Shown here: positions 33,801 to 44,060 of the stretch, one piece after another
How the letters are laid out: each line of letters starts with the position of its first letter
Numbering within the stretch: position 1 is the first letter of the stretch
NCBI GenBank assembly: GCA_026706895.1
Contig: JAPOXW010000029.1
Coordinates: 28,335 to 92,334 of the forward strand
Direction of reading: 5' to 3'
Length of the DNA: 64,000 nucleotides
From: Gammaproteobacteria bacterium
Lineage (GTDB): Bacteria; Pseudomonadota; Gammaproteobacteria; Poriferisulfidales; Poriferisulfidaceae
Position numbers and translations under genes: made by a program
The notes under the pieces: model-generated
The model's database searches: none
Told to the model about the DNA's origin: nothing
The model's input: the letters and a program-made list of their open reading frames with translations, nothing else

Positions 33801-34655
33801 ATGGGCAAGAATTGCACGCTGGGCGAGCTACTTATCGATCAACTGGCGCGAACTGTTGAAGATGACACATTAGTGTTCCATGGATTTGGATCACCATTAG
33901 TTCAGATTGCATTGCATGTTGCCAAAAGGGTATACACCCCTAATTTGGTGCTGGTAGCTGGTGCTACCTATGGAGTCAATCCAGATCCTCCTTTCATAGC
34001 TCCCACGACTAACGACTGGGTACATGACCGAAACTCTGAATGCCACCTAAGCATTGGTGAGTTATTCGATTTGTCTGCAAGTGGGCGCTTGGGGAGAATG
34101 TTTTTATCAGGCCTGCAAATCGATCGTTGGGGCAATACCAATGTAACTCAGCTGGGCCGTAAAACCTTAAAGCTGAAACTGCCGGGGGGTGGCGGTGCTT
34201 GTAACCTGTCATGTAATGCAAAAAATATAACATTGTGGACCGCAGCACATCGTTCAGAGCCAGTAAAAGGAAAGCGCCGCTATCGGATCGTCTCGCAGTG
34301 TGACTATGTCACCGGTTTTGGCCACAAGAACGCCGATGGGATTACTCGCAGGCAACTTGGGTACCTGGGTAACGGCCCACAGTGTCTCGTTACGGATTTA
34401 GGCGTTTTTGATTTCGACCAGGACGGGCATTTGCGATTGAATGTTCTCTATCCGCACACCACTGTAGACGATGTTCTGGAAAATACTGAATTTGAACCAA
34501 GAATGAAGAAAGAGGTTAAGACAGTTTCGCTTCCTTCTTTAGAAGTGCTTTCGATCATCCGAAAACTTGATCCACTTCGTATTCATGAAAAGGAATTATC
34601 ACCCGGGGACCGCTCATTGACATTGGAAGAGCCTAAAAATGCAGCAATCTGTTGA
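33801..34655 (+). CDS. Class I CoA-transferase beta subunit (GctB/IpdB-like)
   Basis: FLSGLQIDRWGNTN, LPGGGGA, VTDLGVFDF and V.ENT.F motifs. Confidence 0.88.
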   Translation: MGKNCTLGELLIDQLARTVEDDTLVFHGFGSPLVQIALHVAKRVYTPNLVLVAGATYGVNPDPPFIAPTTNDWVHDRNSECHLSIGELFDLSASGRLGRMFLSGLQIDRWGNTNVTQLGRKTLKLKLPGGGGACNLSCNAKNITLWTAAHRSEPVKGKRRYRIVSQCDYVTGFGHKNADGITRRQLGYLGNGPQCLVTDLGVFDFDQDGHLRLNVLYPHTTVDDVLENTEFEPRMKKEVKTVSLPSLEVLSIIRKLDPLRIHEKELSPGDRSLTLEEPKNAAIC

Positions 34656-35583
34656 ACAATCCCAAACGAGCATGAAACAAGTAGATTTCTCGGCTAAGTA
34701 TCGAGACAAAAACAATATTGTTCCCATTCCTTATCGCAAAACCAGTGTTCAGAAATACGCTGGAGAGATGTCCGAGAAAGCGGTGCAGTCATACTTGTTG
34801 GGGAAAGAAGCGTATCGGCGTACAGAATTTATTGTGCTCAAAGGGGGCAACCAGGAAAATGCAGTCGTTGCCATTCAAAAGTCTGACGATCAATCGCTAT
34901 TTTCAGATATAACTCATGTTGAAATTCTAGGCCTTCCGGAAAACTGCATTTACGTTCAAGACAGCAGTGTTGATTGCGCGAATCGATCTGCCATGGCTGA
35001 AGCTGCTTTTCGCAATCAAGTAAAAAAAAGTGGAATATGCATTGTTGAAGGCAAGTATGACCATATCAACTTCATATGTCGTCCTGACCCGCTTGTGCTT
35101 CAGGTACTGGAAGTCGAACCACCTTCTCCACCAAAATTATATGACATGGTAGTACAGGCATTAAGTTATGCTGATTTGCCTCCCATTCTTGTTGAGTTCA
35201 AAGCAATTGATGTAAGAGAGCTATGTCACAGTGTAGATCCTGAATGTTACTTGCTGCCTTGTAGATCAGGTGGGATGGATCAACTACAAAAGCCTGTATA
35301 TTTCTTGGACGAGCGTCCCAAGCAACGCAAAAACTGGGTTTTAATAGGATGTGAAAGAAGTCTTCAATTTCATCGACACTATTATGGAGATGAGCCACCC
35401 CAGGTTGAGATGTGTCCACGCAAGCTTCGACAAGAATCTGGAGTGCCTACACTATTGAAGTGTTGTCTACTTGAATTCGAGATTGAAAGAGATGGGGACC
35501 TGATGGTTGTTCCTTGGGGTGCTGATCTCACTATGGTAGAACAAGCTTTGCGGGAAATTTCGAGTGAGGTTGAGTATGTCTAA
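34639..35583 (+). CDS. Cys-rich protein, probable XcbA (CoM biosynthesis)
   Basis: PCRSGG, GCERS, MCPR and KCCLLE motifs; overlaps the comA/xcbB start. The call rests mainly on gene position. Confidence 0.55.
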   Translation: MQQSVEQSQTSMKQVDFSAKYRDKNNIVPIPYRKTSVQKYAGEMSEKAVQSYLLGKEAYRRTEFIVLKGGNQENAVVAIQKSDDQSLFSDITHVEILGLPENCIYVQDSSVDCANRSAMAEAAFRNQVKKSGICIVEGKYDHINFICRPDPLVLQVLEVEPPSPPKLYDMVVQALSYADLPPILVEFKAIDVRELCHSVDPECYLLPCRSGGMDQLQKPVYFLDERPKQRKNWVLIGCERSLQFHRHYYGDEPPQVEMCPRKLRQESGVPTLLKCCLLEFEIERDGDLMVVPWGADLTMVEQALREISSEVEYV

Positions 35584-36460
35584 GTCTGCTTGGGATGGGA
35601 TTCAAGTCATAAGTGAATTCATGAAAGAGCGTGTAGAGCGGCAAAAAAACGTTGGTATGACGATGGTTATCGATACGTGTATGGGGCCGCAGATGTTGCA
35701 GGATATGCTTCTAGTTTCGAATGAGCATATTGATCACTGGAAGTTTAGTTATGGAGTATCTGCCGTGATGCCTGCAAACATACTCCGTCAAATGCTCGAT
35801 ACACTAAATCAATACAACATCAATGCATTTCCTGGAGGTACGCTGCTAGAGGCTGCGATTATTCAGAAAAATTGTCAATCGTACATGCTGCGTGCCAAAG
35901 AGATTGGATTCCGTTCAGTCGAAATTTCAGATGGAACGATCACACTGCCCATTAAGCGCAGGCGTAACGCAATCTTGTGTGCGCTAGACAATGGATTGAT
36001 TCCAATTACAGAGGTAGGTAAAAAGGATCCCGCAAAGCAACCAAGCCCTGAAGAACTCGCAGACCTGATTCTGCAAGATTTATATTTTGGTGCTGAGTAT
36101 GTAATCTTGGATGCAAGAGAATCCGGGCGCGAAATCGGCATATTTGACCAAAATGGAGATTTGAAGCTCGAATTATTTGATAAAATCTTATCGTTAGTTG
36201 GGCAAAAAAAAGAAAAGGTCATTTGGGAAGCTCCCCTAAGAAAACAACAGGCCGCCCTGATCCAACAAATTGGTCCAAATGTAAACCTTGGGAATATAAG
36301 TCCCATGGATGTCTTGTCGTTAGAGTCACTACGCTTGGGACTTCAATATGAATCCTTAAGAGAAGTTGCCGACGAGTCTACCCAGCGTGGAATGTGGGAC
36401 CCGGATTCAGTAGAAAACTCTGATACAGCCAAGATGCCACAAGAATCTGCAAAGAAATGA
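35576..36460 (+). CDS. comA: Phosphosulfolactate synthase (ComA/XcbB)
   Basis: GMTMVID, ID.WKF, PGGTLLE, VEISDGT, TEVGKKD, ARESG, WEAP.RKQQ, GPNVNLGNI and LESLRLGL motifs. Confidence 0.95.
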   Translation: MSKSAWDGIQVISEFMKERVERQKNVGMTMVIDTCMGPQMLQDMLLVSNEHIDHWKFSYGVSAVMPANILRQMLDTLNQYNINAFPGGTLLEAAIIQKNCQSYMLRAKEIGFRSVEISDGTITLPIKRRRNAILCALDNGLIPITEVGKKDPAKQPSPEELADLILQDLYFGAEYVILDARESGREIGIFDQNGDLKLELFDKILSLVGQKKEKVIWEAPLRKQQAALIQQIGPNVNLGNISPMDVLSLESLRLGLQYESLREVADESTQRGMWDPDSVENSDTAKMPQESAKK

Positions 36461-37974
36461 GTGACAGATTTTCAGACTCCGATGCTGTTTTGTGTACCAA
36501 TGGCCGTTTATCGCAGCCTCCCGAAGATATATTAGTTACCAGTGCTTTTAAGAGTGAGCTTCAAGAACAGCTCTGCTTGTCAGAAGAAATGAATCGGGTG
36601 GATATTGCACATGTAATAGGATTAGTTGAGGCCAAGGTTATCAAGAAAAAAGTAGGCGCTGACCTGTTGAAGGCATTGCAAAAATTACAGGAGAATCCAA
36701 CGGATTTCCAACCTGACCCTAAATTCGGTGATTTATTTACAAATCGAGAAAATTGGTTAGAGCAACACTCAAGCGCAGTAGGCTGGTTATGTGCAGGCAG
36801 AGCGCGTAGAGAAAGCACTACGGTCGCTTATCATTTAACAATAAAAAAGATTTTGCTTGACCTTGCTGATGAAATAACAGCCTTGATGCGGGTAATGATG
36901 ATACAGGTGTCGGCGCATAAGGCATCAGTTATGCCGGATTACACGTATATGCAGCCGGGACAGCCAACGACATTCGGGCATTATTTACATTCATTTGTAT
37001 TCATGCTGATGCGTGATCTTGCGCGCATCGAATCACTTTATGGAAGGGTCAATTGCTGTCCAGCAGGGTGCGGAGGCATAAACGGGTCAACTCTTCAGAT
37101 TGACAGGGAAAAGCTGTCAAGCTTATTAGGCTTTGCGAGGCCTGTCATGCATGCAAGAGATGCGATGTGGCAAGCTGATATTTCCATCGAGATCGCGTCA
37201 GTTTCAACTTCAATTTTAGTTACGCTGGACCGCTTTTGCGAAGATGTACTGTATTTCGTGACGGAAGAATTCAACTACATTGAGTTGCAAGATTCTTGTT
37301 CACGAGCAAGTAAGATCATGCCGCAGAAAAAAAATCCTTATGCTTTAGCGTACATTCGAGCGCTGGCAAATAAGGTTATTGGTATACAGAGTATGGTGGT
37401 TGTGTCGCAGCGCACACCAACTGGACAGATTGATAATCGCCTGTTCTTGTACGGAGAAATTCCATTCGTGCTTAAGAAAAGCATCGAAGGAATTGGCTTG
37501 TTGAAAAATGCGGTGGAGGGATTGCAGTTCAAAACTTCAAATGCAGTAAACAGAATAAGGGAAAGCTACGCGATGGCCGCGGAACTAGCTGAACAAATTT
37601 CAGTTGAAAATAATTTGGATTATAGAACCGCCCATAAGATTGTTGGAAAAATTGTCCGAAATTTTCTACACCTTAAAAAACATTTATTCGAGTTAACGGA
37701 ACTAGAATTAAATGAAGCTGCAAGCGATGTAGTAGGTCGCCCAATTTCATGCTCCAGGCAGACCCTCGAGATGCTGAATTCTCCGCATGTTGCGATTGAG
37801 AAAAAGTCCGGGTTAGGAGGCACGTCTAAAGAAAGGATCAAGGAGATGATCGAACACAGTAAACAAGAGATTAATTATTATGAAAAATGGACAGACAATG
37901 AACGGGAAAAAATAAAACAAGCAGAAAGTGCATTGTCACAACACATGCATACCATTATCAATCAAGCCCAATGA
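36457..37974 (+). CDS. Argininosuccinate lyase-like enzyme (XcbC-like)
   Basis: MPDYTYMQPGQP and a variant signature ASKIMPQKKNP; follows comA. Confidence 0.8.
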   Translation: MSDRFSDSDAVLCTNGRLSQPPEDILVTSAFKSELQEQLCLSEEMNRVDIAHVIGLVEAKVIKKKVGADLLKALQKLQENPTDFQPDPKFGDLFTNRENWLEQHSSAVGWLCAGRARRESTTVAYHLTIKKILLDLADEITALMRVMMIQVSAHKASVMPDYTYMQPGQPTTFGHYLHSFVFMLMRDLARIESLYGRVNCCPAGCGGINGSTLQIDREKLSSLLGFARPVMHARDAMWQADISIEIASVSTSILVTLDRFCEDVLYFVTEEFNYIELQDSCSRASKIMPQKKNPYALAYIRALANKVIGIQSMVVVSQRTPTGQIDNRLFLYGEIPFVLKKSIEGIGLLKNAVEGLQFKTSNAVNRIRESYAMAAELAEQISVENNLDYRTAHKIVGKIVRNFLHLKKHLFELTELELNEAASDVVGRPISCSRQTLEMLNSPHVAIEKKSGLGGTSKERIKEMIEHSKQEINYYEKWTDNEREKIKQAESALSQHMHTIINQAQ

Positions 37975-39323
37975 CTTCATTATTCGTAGAATCCTCTATA
38001 TACCAGAATTCCTGGAGTACGGAATCCTTGCGAAAAATTTTTGATGAGAAATCAAGAATCAGAACTTGGCTGGAAATATTGGCCGTCCTAGCAGAAGTCC
38101 AGTCAAAATTTGGGTTAATACCAAAATCAGCAGGAAATTCAATTAAGGAATTCTGCAGTCAAGTTGAGATCGATAGTGAATTACTTAATGACATCAAAGA
38201 AGGATTTGAACAAAGTGGTCATTCCATGCAGGGCCTTATCAATGCTTTGGCAAAGCGTGGAGGCGAAGATGTAAGAAACTGGTTGTATTTTGGCGCAACT
38301 GTACAAGATGTAACAGATACCTGGTTTTCGATCGCTTTGAGGGATGCCAGGGAACAGTTTTTGCTGGATATAAATGCAATATGTTCTATTACCAAAAATC
38401 TCATGAGCGAGCATCGCGACACGATCATGCCAGGGCGTACGCATGGACAACACGGGTTGCCTATAACATTTGGATTTAAGGTCGCGGGTTGGGCGTGTGA
38501 ACTGGACCGTCATCGAACTCGGTTATCGCAATTGGGCAACCGAATGGACGAGGGGCAGTTATGTGGAGGCGTTGGATCACTTTCATCGTTAGACCGCCAC
38601 GGTCTAGAAATTCAAAAGGAATTTTGTAATCGCCTTGGATTACGTGACCCCACTATCTCCTGGATTTCAAGTCGGGATGTATTTGCAGAATGGGGCCAGT
38701 TATTGGTGCTGATAACTGGAACTGCAGATCGTATCGGTCATGAAATTTATAATTTGCAAAGAACAGAAATTGCAGAACTCATTGAGATTACGCCCATAGA
38801 AACCGTAGGCAGTATTACGATGCCGCATAAACAAAACCCAGAAATATCCGAACATCTGGGAACGCTTGCCAGGGTCGTTCGCCATAATGCTGCAATTCTT
38901 CTTGAGGGCTTAGTCACTGATCATGAACGAGATGGTCGATCTTGGAAAAGTGAATGGCATGTCCTGCCGCTCATAACTTTAGTATCGGGAAAATCTCTAG
39001 AGTTACTGAAATTAATATTGTCAAACCTGGAAGTACAAACACTGAAAATGAAAGAGAACTTAGAAATCAGTGGCGAACAGATATTTTCAGAAGGTGTAAT
39101 GCTGGCGTTAGCAAAAAAACTGGGGAAAAACCAGGCTCAAAAAATAGTCTACAAGGAAGCCATGAATGCGCGTAAGAAAAGAATTTCATTCAAAGAGGCT
39201 GTTTTGAATAACTCTCAAATTTCATCCAATCTAAGTGCTGAAGATATCGATGAGATTTTTAAAAATGAAAATCGTCTTGGTCTATGTACAGCGATGGTTG
39301 ATAGAGTGCTAAACAAAATATGA
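37971..39323 (+). CDS. Adenylosuccinate lyase-like enzyme (XcbD-like)
   Basis: GATVQDVTDT, GRTHGQHG.PITFG.K, GSITMPHKQNP and HERD motifs. Confidence 0.8.
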   Translation: MTSLFVESSIYQNSWSTESLRKIFDEKSRIRTWLEILAVLAEVQSKFGLIPKSAGNSIKEFCSQVEIDSELLNDIKEGFEQSGHSMQGLINALAKRGGEDVRNWLYFGATVQDVTDTWFSIALRDAREQFLLDINAICSITKNLMSEHRDTIMPGRTHGQHGLPITFGFKVAGWACELDRHRTRLSQLGNRMDEGQLCGGVGSLSSLDRHGLEIQKEFCNRLGLRDPTISWISSRDVFAEWGQLLVLITGTADRIGHEIYNLQRTEIAELIEITPIETVGSITMPHKQNPEISEHLGTLARVVRHNAAILLEGLVTDHERDGRSWKSEWHVLPLITLVSGKSLELLKLILSNLEVQTLKMKENLEISGEQIFSEGVMLALAKKLGKNQAQKIVYKEAMNARKKRISFKEAVLNNSQISSNLSAEDIDEIFKNENRLGLCTAMVDRVLNKI

Positions 39324-40312
39324 GTACTCAAACACTCGCGCCTGATGACTTGCCCAAAATCAGCCGTTGTGAGTTCGCACAATTTCCCACTCCTTTGCAG
39401 CGGTTTAAAAAACTGGAAAAAAATTTCAATGGCATTGAGCTATGGGTTAAACGCGATGACCTAATCGAATTTGGTTATGGGGGGAATAAAATCAGGGCAC
39501 TTGAATACATAGCGGCAGACGCATTAAAGAGGGGGTCGAAAACGTTAATTACGGGTGCAGGTGTACAGTCCAATCATGTACGTGCAACGGCAGCAGTGGC
39601 AGCTTATTTAAATCTGAATTGTATCGCTATCTACTGGGGCAGCCCCCCAAAAGAAGTTACAGGCAATTATTACCTGACCAAATTGTTGGGAGCAGAAACC
39701 AGATTTACACACGATACTGATCGAAGCTCGGTGGATACTATGATCCAACTTGTTGAGCAAGAACTGATGCATGGTGATGCCCTTCCTTATTCAATCCCGC
39801 GAGGAGGAGCATGTGCACTAGGGGTAATCGCTCACATGTTTGCGGCGAAAGAATTATTTGAGCAGTGCCAAAGCAAAGAAATAAATGTCGATCTTGTAAC
39901 GCTTGCAGTGGGTTCTGGAGGGACTATAGCTGGTTGGGTACTTGCACGAATCTTGTATGACCATCCTTGGCGAATCGAAGGCTTTACTGTGAGTCGGCCT
40001 GCCAAGGAGTTAAAGGAAATTGTTCATGATCTAGTACAACAAGCCGCCATAGTATTGAATGTTGCAGTAAACATAAATTTGGAGGAGATAGTAATCCGTG
40101 AGGGCTACATTGGTGATGGATACGGGATACCAAGTATTGAAGGGAATGAAACCATTAAAGATGTTGCAATCAAGCAAGGTGTTTTTTTTGATCCGACGTA
40201 TACAGGAAAAGCATTTGCTGGACTTTCAGATTTAATAAATAATGGTTTCTACAAGGACATTCGAACAGCCGTGTTTTTACATACAGGAGGAGAGCCCGTT
40301 TTGTTTAGTTAG
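39320..40312 (+). CDS. PLP-dependent D-cysteine desulfhydrase/ACC deaminase-like enzyme (XcbE-like)
   Basis: PTPL, KRDDL...GGNKIR, QSNHVR, GSGGT, DPTYTGKA and FLHTGG motifs. Confidence 0.85.
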   Translation: MSTQTLAPDDLPKISRCEFAQFPTPLQRFKKLEKNFNGIELWVKRDDLIEFGYGGNKIRALEYIAADALKRGSKTLITGAGVQSNHVRATAAVAAYLNLNCIAIYWGSPPKEVTGNYYLTKLLGAETRFTHDTDRSSVDTMIQLVEQELMHGDALPYSIPRGGACALGVIAHMFAAKELFEQCQSKEINVDLVTLAVGSGGTIAGWVLARILYDHPWRIEGFTVSRPAKELKEIVHDLVQQAAIVLNVAVNINLEEIVIREGYIGDGYGIPSIEGNETIKDVAIKQGVFFDPTYTGKAFAGLSDLINNGFYKDIRTAVFLHTGGEPVLFS

Positions 40313-40326
40313 TATAAGGTCAACAA

Positions 40327-41772
40327 ATGACAGAAGTTAAAACTACAACTATTCCTGATTTGCAAACAAATGCAATGTCGACGGATAGCGATGAGCGCGA
40401 AATTTTAAAATTGGTGGAGAATGCCAGATTTGCACAATTGCAAGTAAATTCCTATACGCAAGAACAAGTAGATGAATTAGTGACATCAATTGCCTGGAGC
40501 GTTATCAAAAATAGAGAAGAATTAGCACGCATGGCTGTTGATGAGGGTGAGTTTGGAAATTACGCTGATAAAGTAACAAAGATTTACAATCGCGTAATAG
40601 GAACATTGGCGGATATGCGTTCAATCAAGACTGTTGGCGTAGTTGAAGAGGACCCTGAGACCGGAGTGACAAAGCTCGCTAAGCCCGTGGGTGTAATTGG
40701 CGCACTTATTCCGGCAACAGGTCCTGATGCAACGCCGCCCGTCAAGGCATTAGGCGCGATTAAAGCAAGAAACGCGTTGATCATAGCGCCACACCCAAGG
40801 ACAAAAAGAAGTTCAGCTAGAGTAGTCGAATGCATACGAGAAGGTTGTACTCGCGTTGGTGCTCCTGAAGACCTGGCACAAGTGATAACCAGCCCTTCAG
40901 TTCAAAAAACGAAAGTGCTAATGGAAAATGTAGATCTCATCGTGGCAACGGGGGGCATGAGTATGGTAAAAGCTGCATACAGCTCAGGGAAACCTGCATA
41001 TGGAGTAGGTGTAGGGAATGCGGTACATGTAGTGGATGAAACCGCAGACCTCAACGATGCCGCTGATATGATTGCAAAGGCAAAGACATTTGATTTTGCA
41101 ACAAGCTGCTTGGCGGATAACGCCATAGTAGTTCATCAAGATATCTACAAAGTACTAGTAAACAAGTTGATAGAACTTGGTGGTCATTTATGTAATAGAG
41201 CAGATAAAAATAGCCTCGAAAAAGTTATGTGGCCAAAAGATGCCCACATCCCATCTCCTGAAATCATCGCGAAATCTGCAGAGTCAATTGCAAAGAAGGC
41301 ACAAATTGATATTCAGCCTGGCAAAAGCTTTCTGTTAGTAGAAGAAACCGGAATTGGAGAAGGCCATCCGTTCTCTGGAGAAAAACTGTCCGTTGTTTTA
41401 GCCGTCTATCAATATTCGGGTAAGATTGAAAATGCGGTAGATGTCGTAAATAGAATTACGAATTATCAGGGCTTGGGACATACATGCGGAATACATTCAC
41501 AATCTGAAGCAAACATCAACTATGTTGCCTTAAATACAAAAACAGCAAGAGTCATCGTGAATCAAAATCTTAATGAAGGAGCAGGCAGCCCCAGAAACGG
41601 ATTGCCCTATACATTGTCACTTTCCTGTGGGACATGGGGAGGGAATATCACAACCGAAAATGTCAATGTTAGAAACTTTATGAATGTAACCTGGGTTTCA
41701 CGTCCAGTACGTCCTCGTGCGTTTAACGAAGAGGAACTGTTTGAAAATTATTGGAACAAACATGGCAAGTAA
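40327..41772 (+). CDS. CoA-acylating aldehyde dehydrogenase (SauS/ACDH-like)
   Basis: KPVGVI, ATGG..MVKAAYSSGKPAYGVG.GN, FDFATSC (catalytic Cys), EKLS, GHTCGIH and LSCGTWGGN motifs. Confidence 0.88.
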   Translation: MTEVKTTTIPDLQTNAMSTDSDEREILKLVENARFAQLQVNSYTQEQVDELVTSIAWSVIKNREELARMAVDEGEFGNYADKVTKIYNRVIGTLADMRSIKTVGVVEEDPETGVTKLAKPVGVIGALIPATGPDATPPVKALGAIKARNALIIAPHPRTKRSSARVVECIREGCTRVGAPEDLAQVITSPSVQKTKVLMENVDLIVATGGMSMVKAAYSSGKPAYGVGVGNAVHVVDETADLNDAADMIAKAKTFDFATSCLADNAIVVHQDIYKVLVNKLIELGGHLCNRADKNSLEKVMWPKDAHIPSPEIIAKSAESIAKKAQIDIQPGKSFLLVEETGIGEGHPFSGEKLSVVLAVYQYSGKIENAVDVVNRITNYQGLGHTCGIHSQSEANINYVALNTKTARVIVNQNLNEGAGSPRNGLPYTLSLSCGTWGGNITTENVNVRNFMNVTWVSRPVRPRAFNEEELFENYWNKHGK

Positions 41773-41815
41773 GAACAGTTATTGAGATTTTATCAACTAT
41801 ACATGGGCGCATGAC

Positions 41816-43321
41816 ATGAAACATTATGAGTTAGGGACTGTAGAAGACCTAAAAAATTCTACCCGATTAAAACGAGAGGGTTTTGATGAAAATTCTTTAA
41901 AAAGAAAACGCCCCTCACCGATCGAACCGGTACAGAATGTCATGGATTTGGCCGATGATATTAACAGCAAGAAATATGATGCCGTAATTGTTGGAAGTGG
42001 TCCGGGAGGATCAGCTGTTGCAAGAGAACTGGCAAGGGCAGGAAAAAAAGTAGTTGTACTGGAGTATGGGAAAGATCATCGAAGTAAATGGTATTACGGA
42101 ACTGTCGCAGGACCTTTTATCTACACCGAAAAGCGTGGCTTTTTAAAATCTAAGGAAGGAGTAACAATTGTCCGCCCGATGCTTACTGGGGGGGCAACCA
42201 ACATGTTTGCAAGTGCTGCTTCAGGCCCTCCATCTTGGTGGTTTGATAAAACGGGTGTAGATATAGAGTCTGAAGTTAACGAAACCATTGATGAACTTCG
42301 GATTGAGGCGTTACCTGAAGAACTCACTGGCGCTGCATCACAACGTATTGGAGAAGCAGGCAGAGATCTAGGCATGGACTGGGTGCCCCAAACAAAATTC
42401 ATTCATCCAACGCGGTGTTACTCTGAATTAGATTGCGGCGACAAATGCATGTTTGGTTGTCGATGTGGAGGCAAGTGGACTGCAAATGAATATTTGGATC
42501 AAGCTATTGAGGCCGGTGCGTCCGTTATTACCGAGTGTAACGTTCATAATGTTGAGATTGAAGATGGCGTAGCAACCGGAGTATATGCTGAAGTACACGG
42601 GAAAAGATTCAGACTGAATGGCCAGGTCGTTATTGTTTGTGCCGGAGGAATTGGCACACCTAGAATTTTACAAAATTCAGGCATCCATAATGCTGGAGAT
42701 GCACTGGGTGTAGATACTACATTTGTTGTATATGGTGTCATCAAAGAGAAAGGAAATACTGGTGATCCACCTATGACGATCAGCTATTGTGACGATGAGA
42801 ATGGTTTGATGTATTCGACACTCACTCAGCCATTTGGGCTATTTGCGCTTACTCAATATTACAAAGGTTGGAGGCATTTAAAGAAAGTGCCCAAGTTTCC
42901 GCGCATGCTAGGAATTATGGTTAAGATAAAAGAAGGTCTTAAAGGCTATGTGGCACCGGATGGACAGATCAGTATGCCTTTGCTGCATGATGATTTCCTC
43001 CGGGCAAACATTGGGTTCAGTACTAGCAAAAGTATTCTTATGAAAGCGGGATGTGATCCAAATACTATTTTTTGGAACCCCCCAAGAGGAACACATCCAT
43101 GTGCAACAGTACGGATAGGTGATCACTTGGATTCCGATCTAAAAACTCTTGCATTTGATAACTTATATGTCTCGGATGCGAGCACTTTCCCATTACCCCT
43201 AGTACGTCCTCCGACACTTACAATTATTGGGCAAAGCAAGAGGTTGGCAAAGCATCTTATTGGAACCAAACTCAAAGACACTCAAATTCAGAAAGAGGAA
43301 AATGTGGCATTGGCACAATAG
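41816..43321 (+). CDS. GMC-family FAD oxidoreductase
   Basis: IVGSGPGG, GGAT, C..KC.FGC...GKW, CAGGIGTPRIL, GTHP and NLYVSDAS motifs. Confidence 0.88.
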   Translation: MKHYELGTVEDLKNSTRLKREGFDENSLKRKRPSPIEPVQNVMDLADDINSKKYDAVIVGSGPGGSAVARELARAGKKVVVLEYGKDHRSKWYYGTVAGPFIYTEKRGFLKSKEGVTIVRPMLTGGATNMFASAASGPPSWWFDKTGVDIESEVNETIDELRIEALPEELTGAASQRIGEAGRDLGMDWVPQTKFIHPTRCYSELDCGDKCMFGCRCGGKWTANEYLDQAIEAGASVITECNVHNVEIEDGVATGVYAEVHGKRFRLNGQVVIVCAGGIGTPRILQNSGIHNAGDALGVDTTFVVYGVIKEKGNTGDPPMTISYCDDENGLMYSTLTQPFGLFALTQYYKGWRHLKKVPKFPRMLGIMVKIKEGLKGYVAPDGQISMPLLHDDFLRANIGFSTSKSILMKAGCDPNTIFWNPPRGTHPCATVRIGDHLDSDLKTLAFDNLYVSDASTFPLPLVRPPTLTIIGQSKRLAKHLIGTKLKDTQIQKEENVALAQ

Positions 43322-43368
43322 AAAATGCATGCAATTTTTTGTGCATTAAATAATTTGCAAAAAGAAAA

Positions 43369-44031
43369 TTGGAAGAACTAGAATTAATCAGCTTAAAACT
43401 ATGTCCCTTTGTACAAAGGGCGGTGATAGTTTTAAATCATAAAAACATAAATTATAAAATCACTAATGTGGACTTGGAGAATCCACCAGGCTGGTTTAAT
43501 AAAATCTCACCATTAAAAAAAGTTCCGCTTCTAAAGATAGGTGAAAAAGATATCCTGTTTGAATCAGCGGTTATCTGCGAGTACATAGATGATGTTACGC
43601 CAATCAAGTTACGGCCAGAAAACCCGCTCCAGTTGGCACACAATCGTGCATGGATTGAATTTGGGTCTACATGCATCGTAGATCAGTACATGCTGCTTTT
43701 AAAAAAAACAGAAAAAGAGTTTAAAGAGCAAGCTGATCAAATCATTAGTAAACTGCATTTGGTAGAGAATACTTTGAATAATCAGCCATTTTTTAATGGA
43801 GAGCAATTCTCGCTTGTAGATGCCGCATATGCTCCATTACTGATACGATATGAAATCATAAATAATATTGTTCCAATATTTAATTCTCAGAGCTTTAAAA
43901 AGCTTTCAAGCTGGTCAGATACGATTCTTGGGTCAAGCGCTGTACAAGAATCAATAGAATCAGATTTCCTCACCCAGTATAAAGATAAAATTACAGGCTT
44001 CGACGGATACTTGTCATCCCATATTAGCTAG
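43369..44031 (+). CDS. Glutathione S-transferase (Cys-type, CPF motif)
   Basis: LCPFVQR, ISPLKKVPLL, LFESAVICEYID and FSLVDAAYAP motifs. Confidence 0.92.
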   Translation: MEELELISLKLCPFVQRAVIVLNHKNINYKITNVDLENPPGWFNKISPLKKVPLLKIGEKDILFESAVICEYIDDVTPIKLRPENPLQLAHNRAWIEFGSTCIVDQYMLLLKKTEKEFKEQADQIISKLHLVENTLNNQPFFNGEQFSLVDAAYAPLLIRYEIINNIVPIFNSQSFKKLSSWSDTILGSSAVQESIESDFLTQYKDKITGFDGYLSSHIS

Positions 44032-44060
44032 AAAAACTCTACTCTAAAAAACTTTCTTTT

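Noticed and set aside
35576-36460. Archaeal-type CoM pathway or archaeal contamination
   Set aside because: No comB/C/D/E are present; the neighbours are bacterial xcb-type genes and the island is att-bounded within a bacterial backbone.
36457-39323. Housekeeping argH and purB
   Set aside because: Signature loops deviate (ASKIMP, GSITMP), they lie in an AT-rich island, and they overlap comA and the PLP gene in xcb order.
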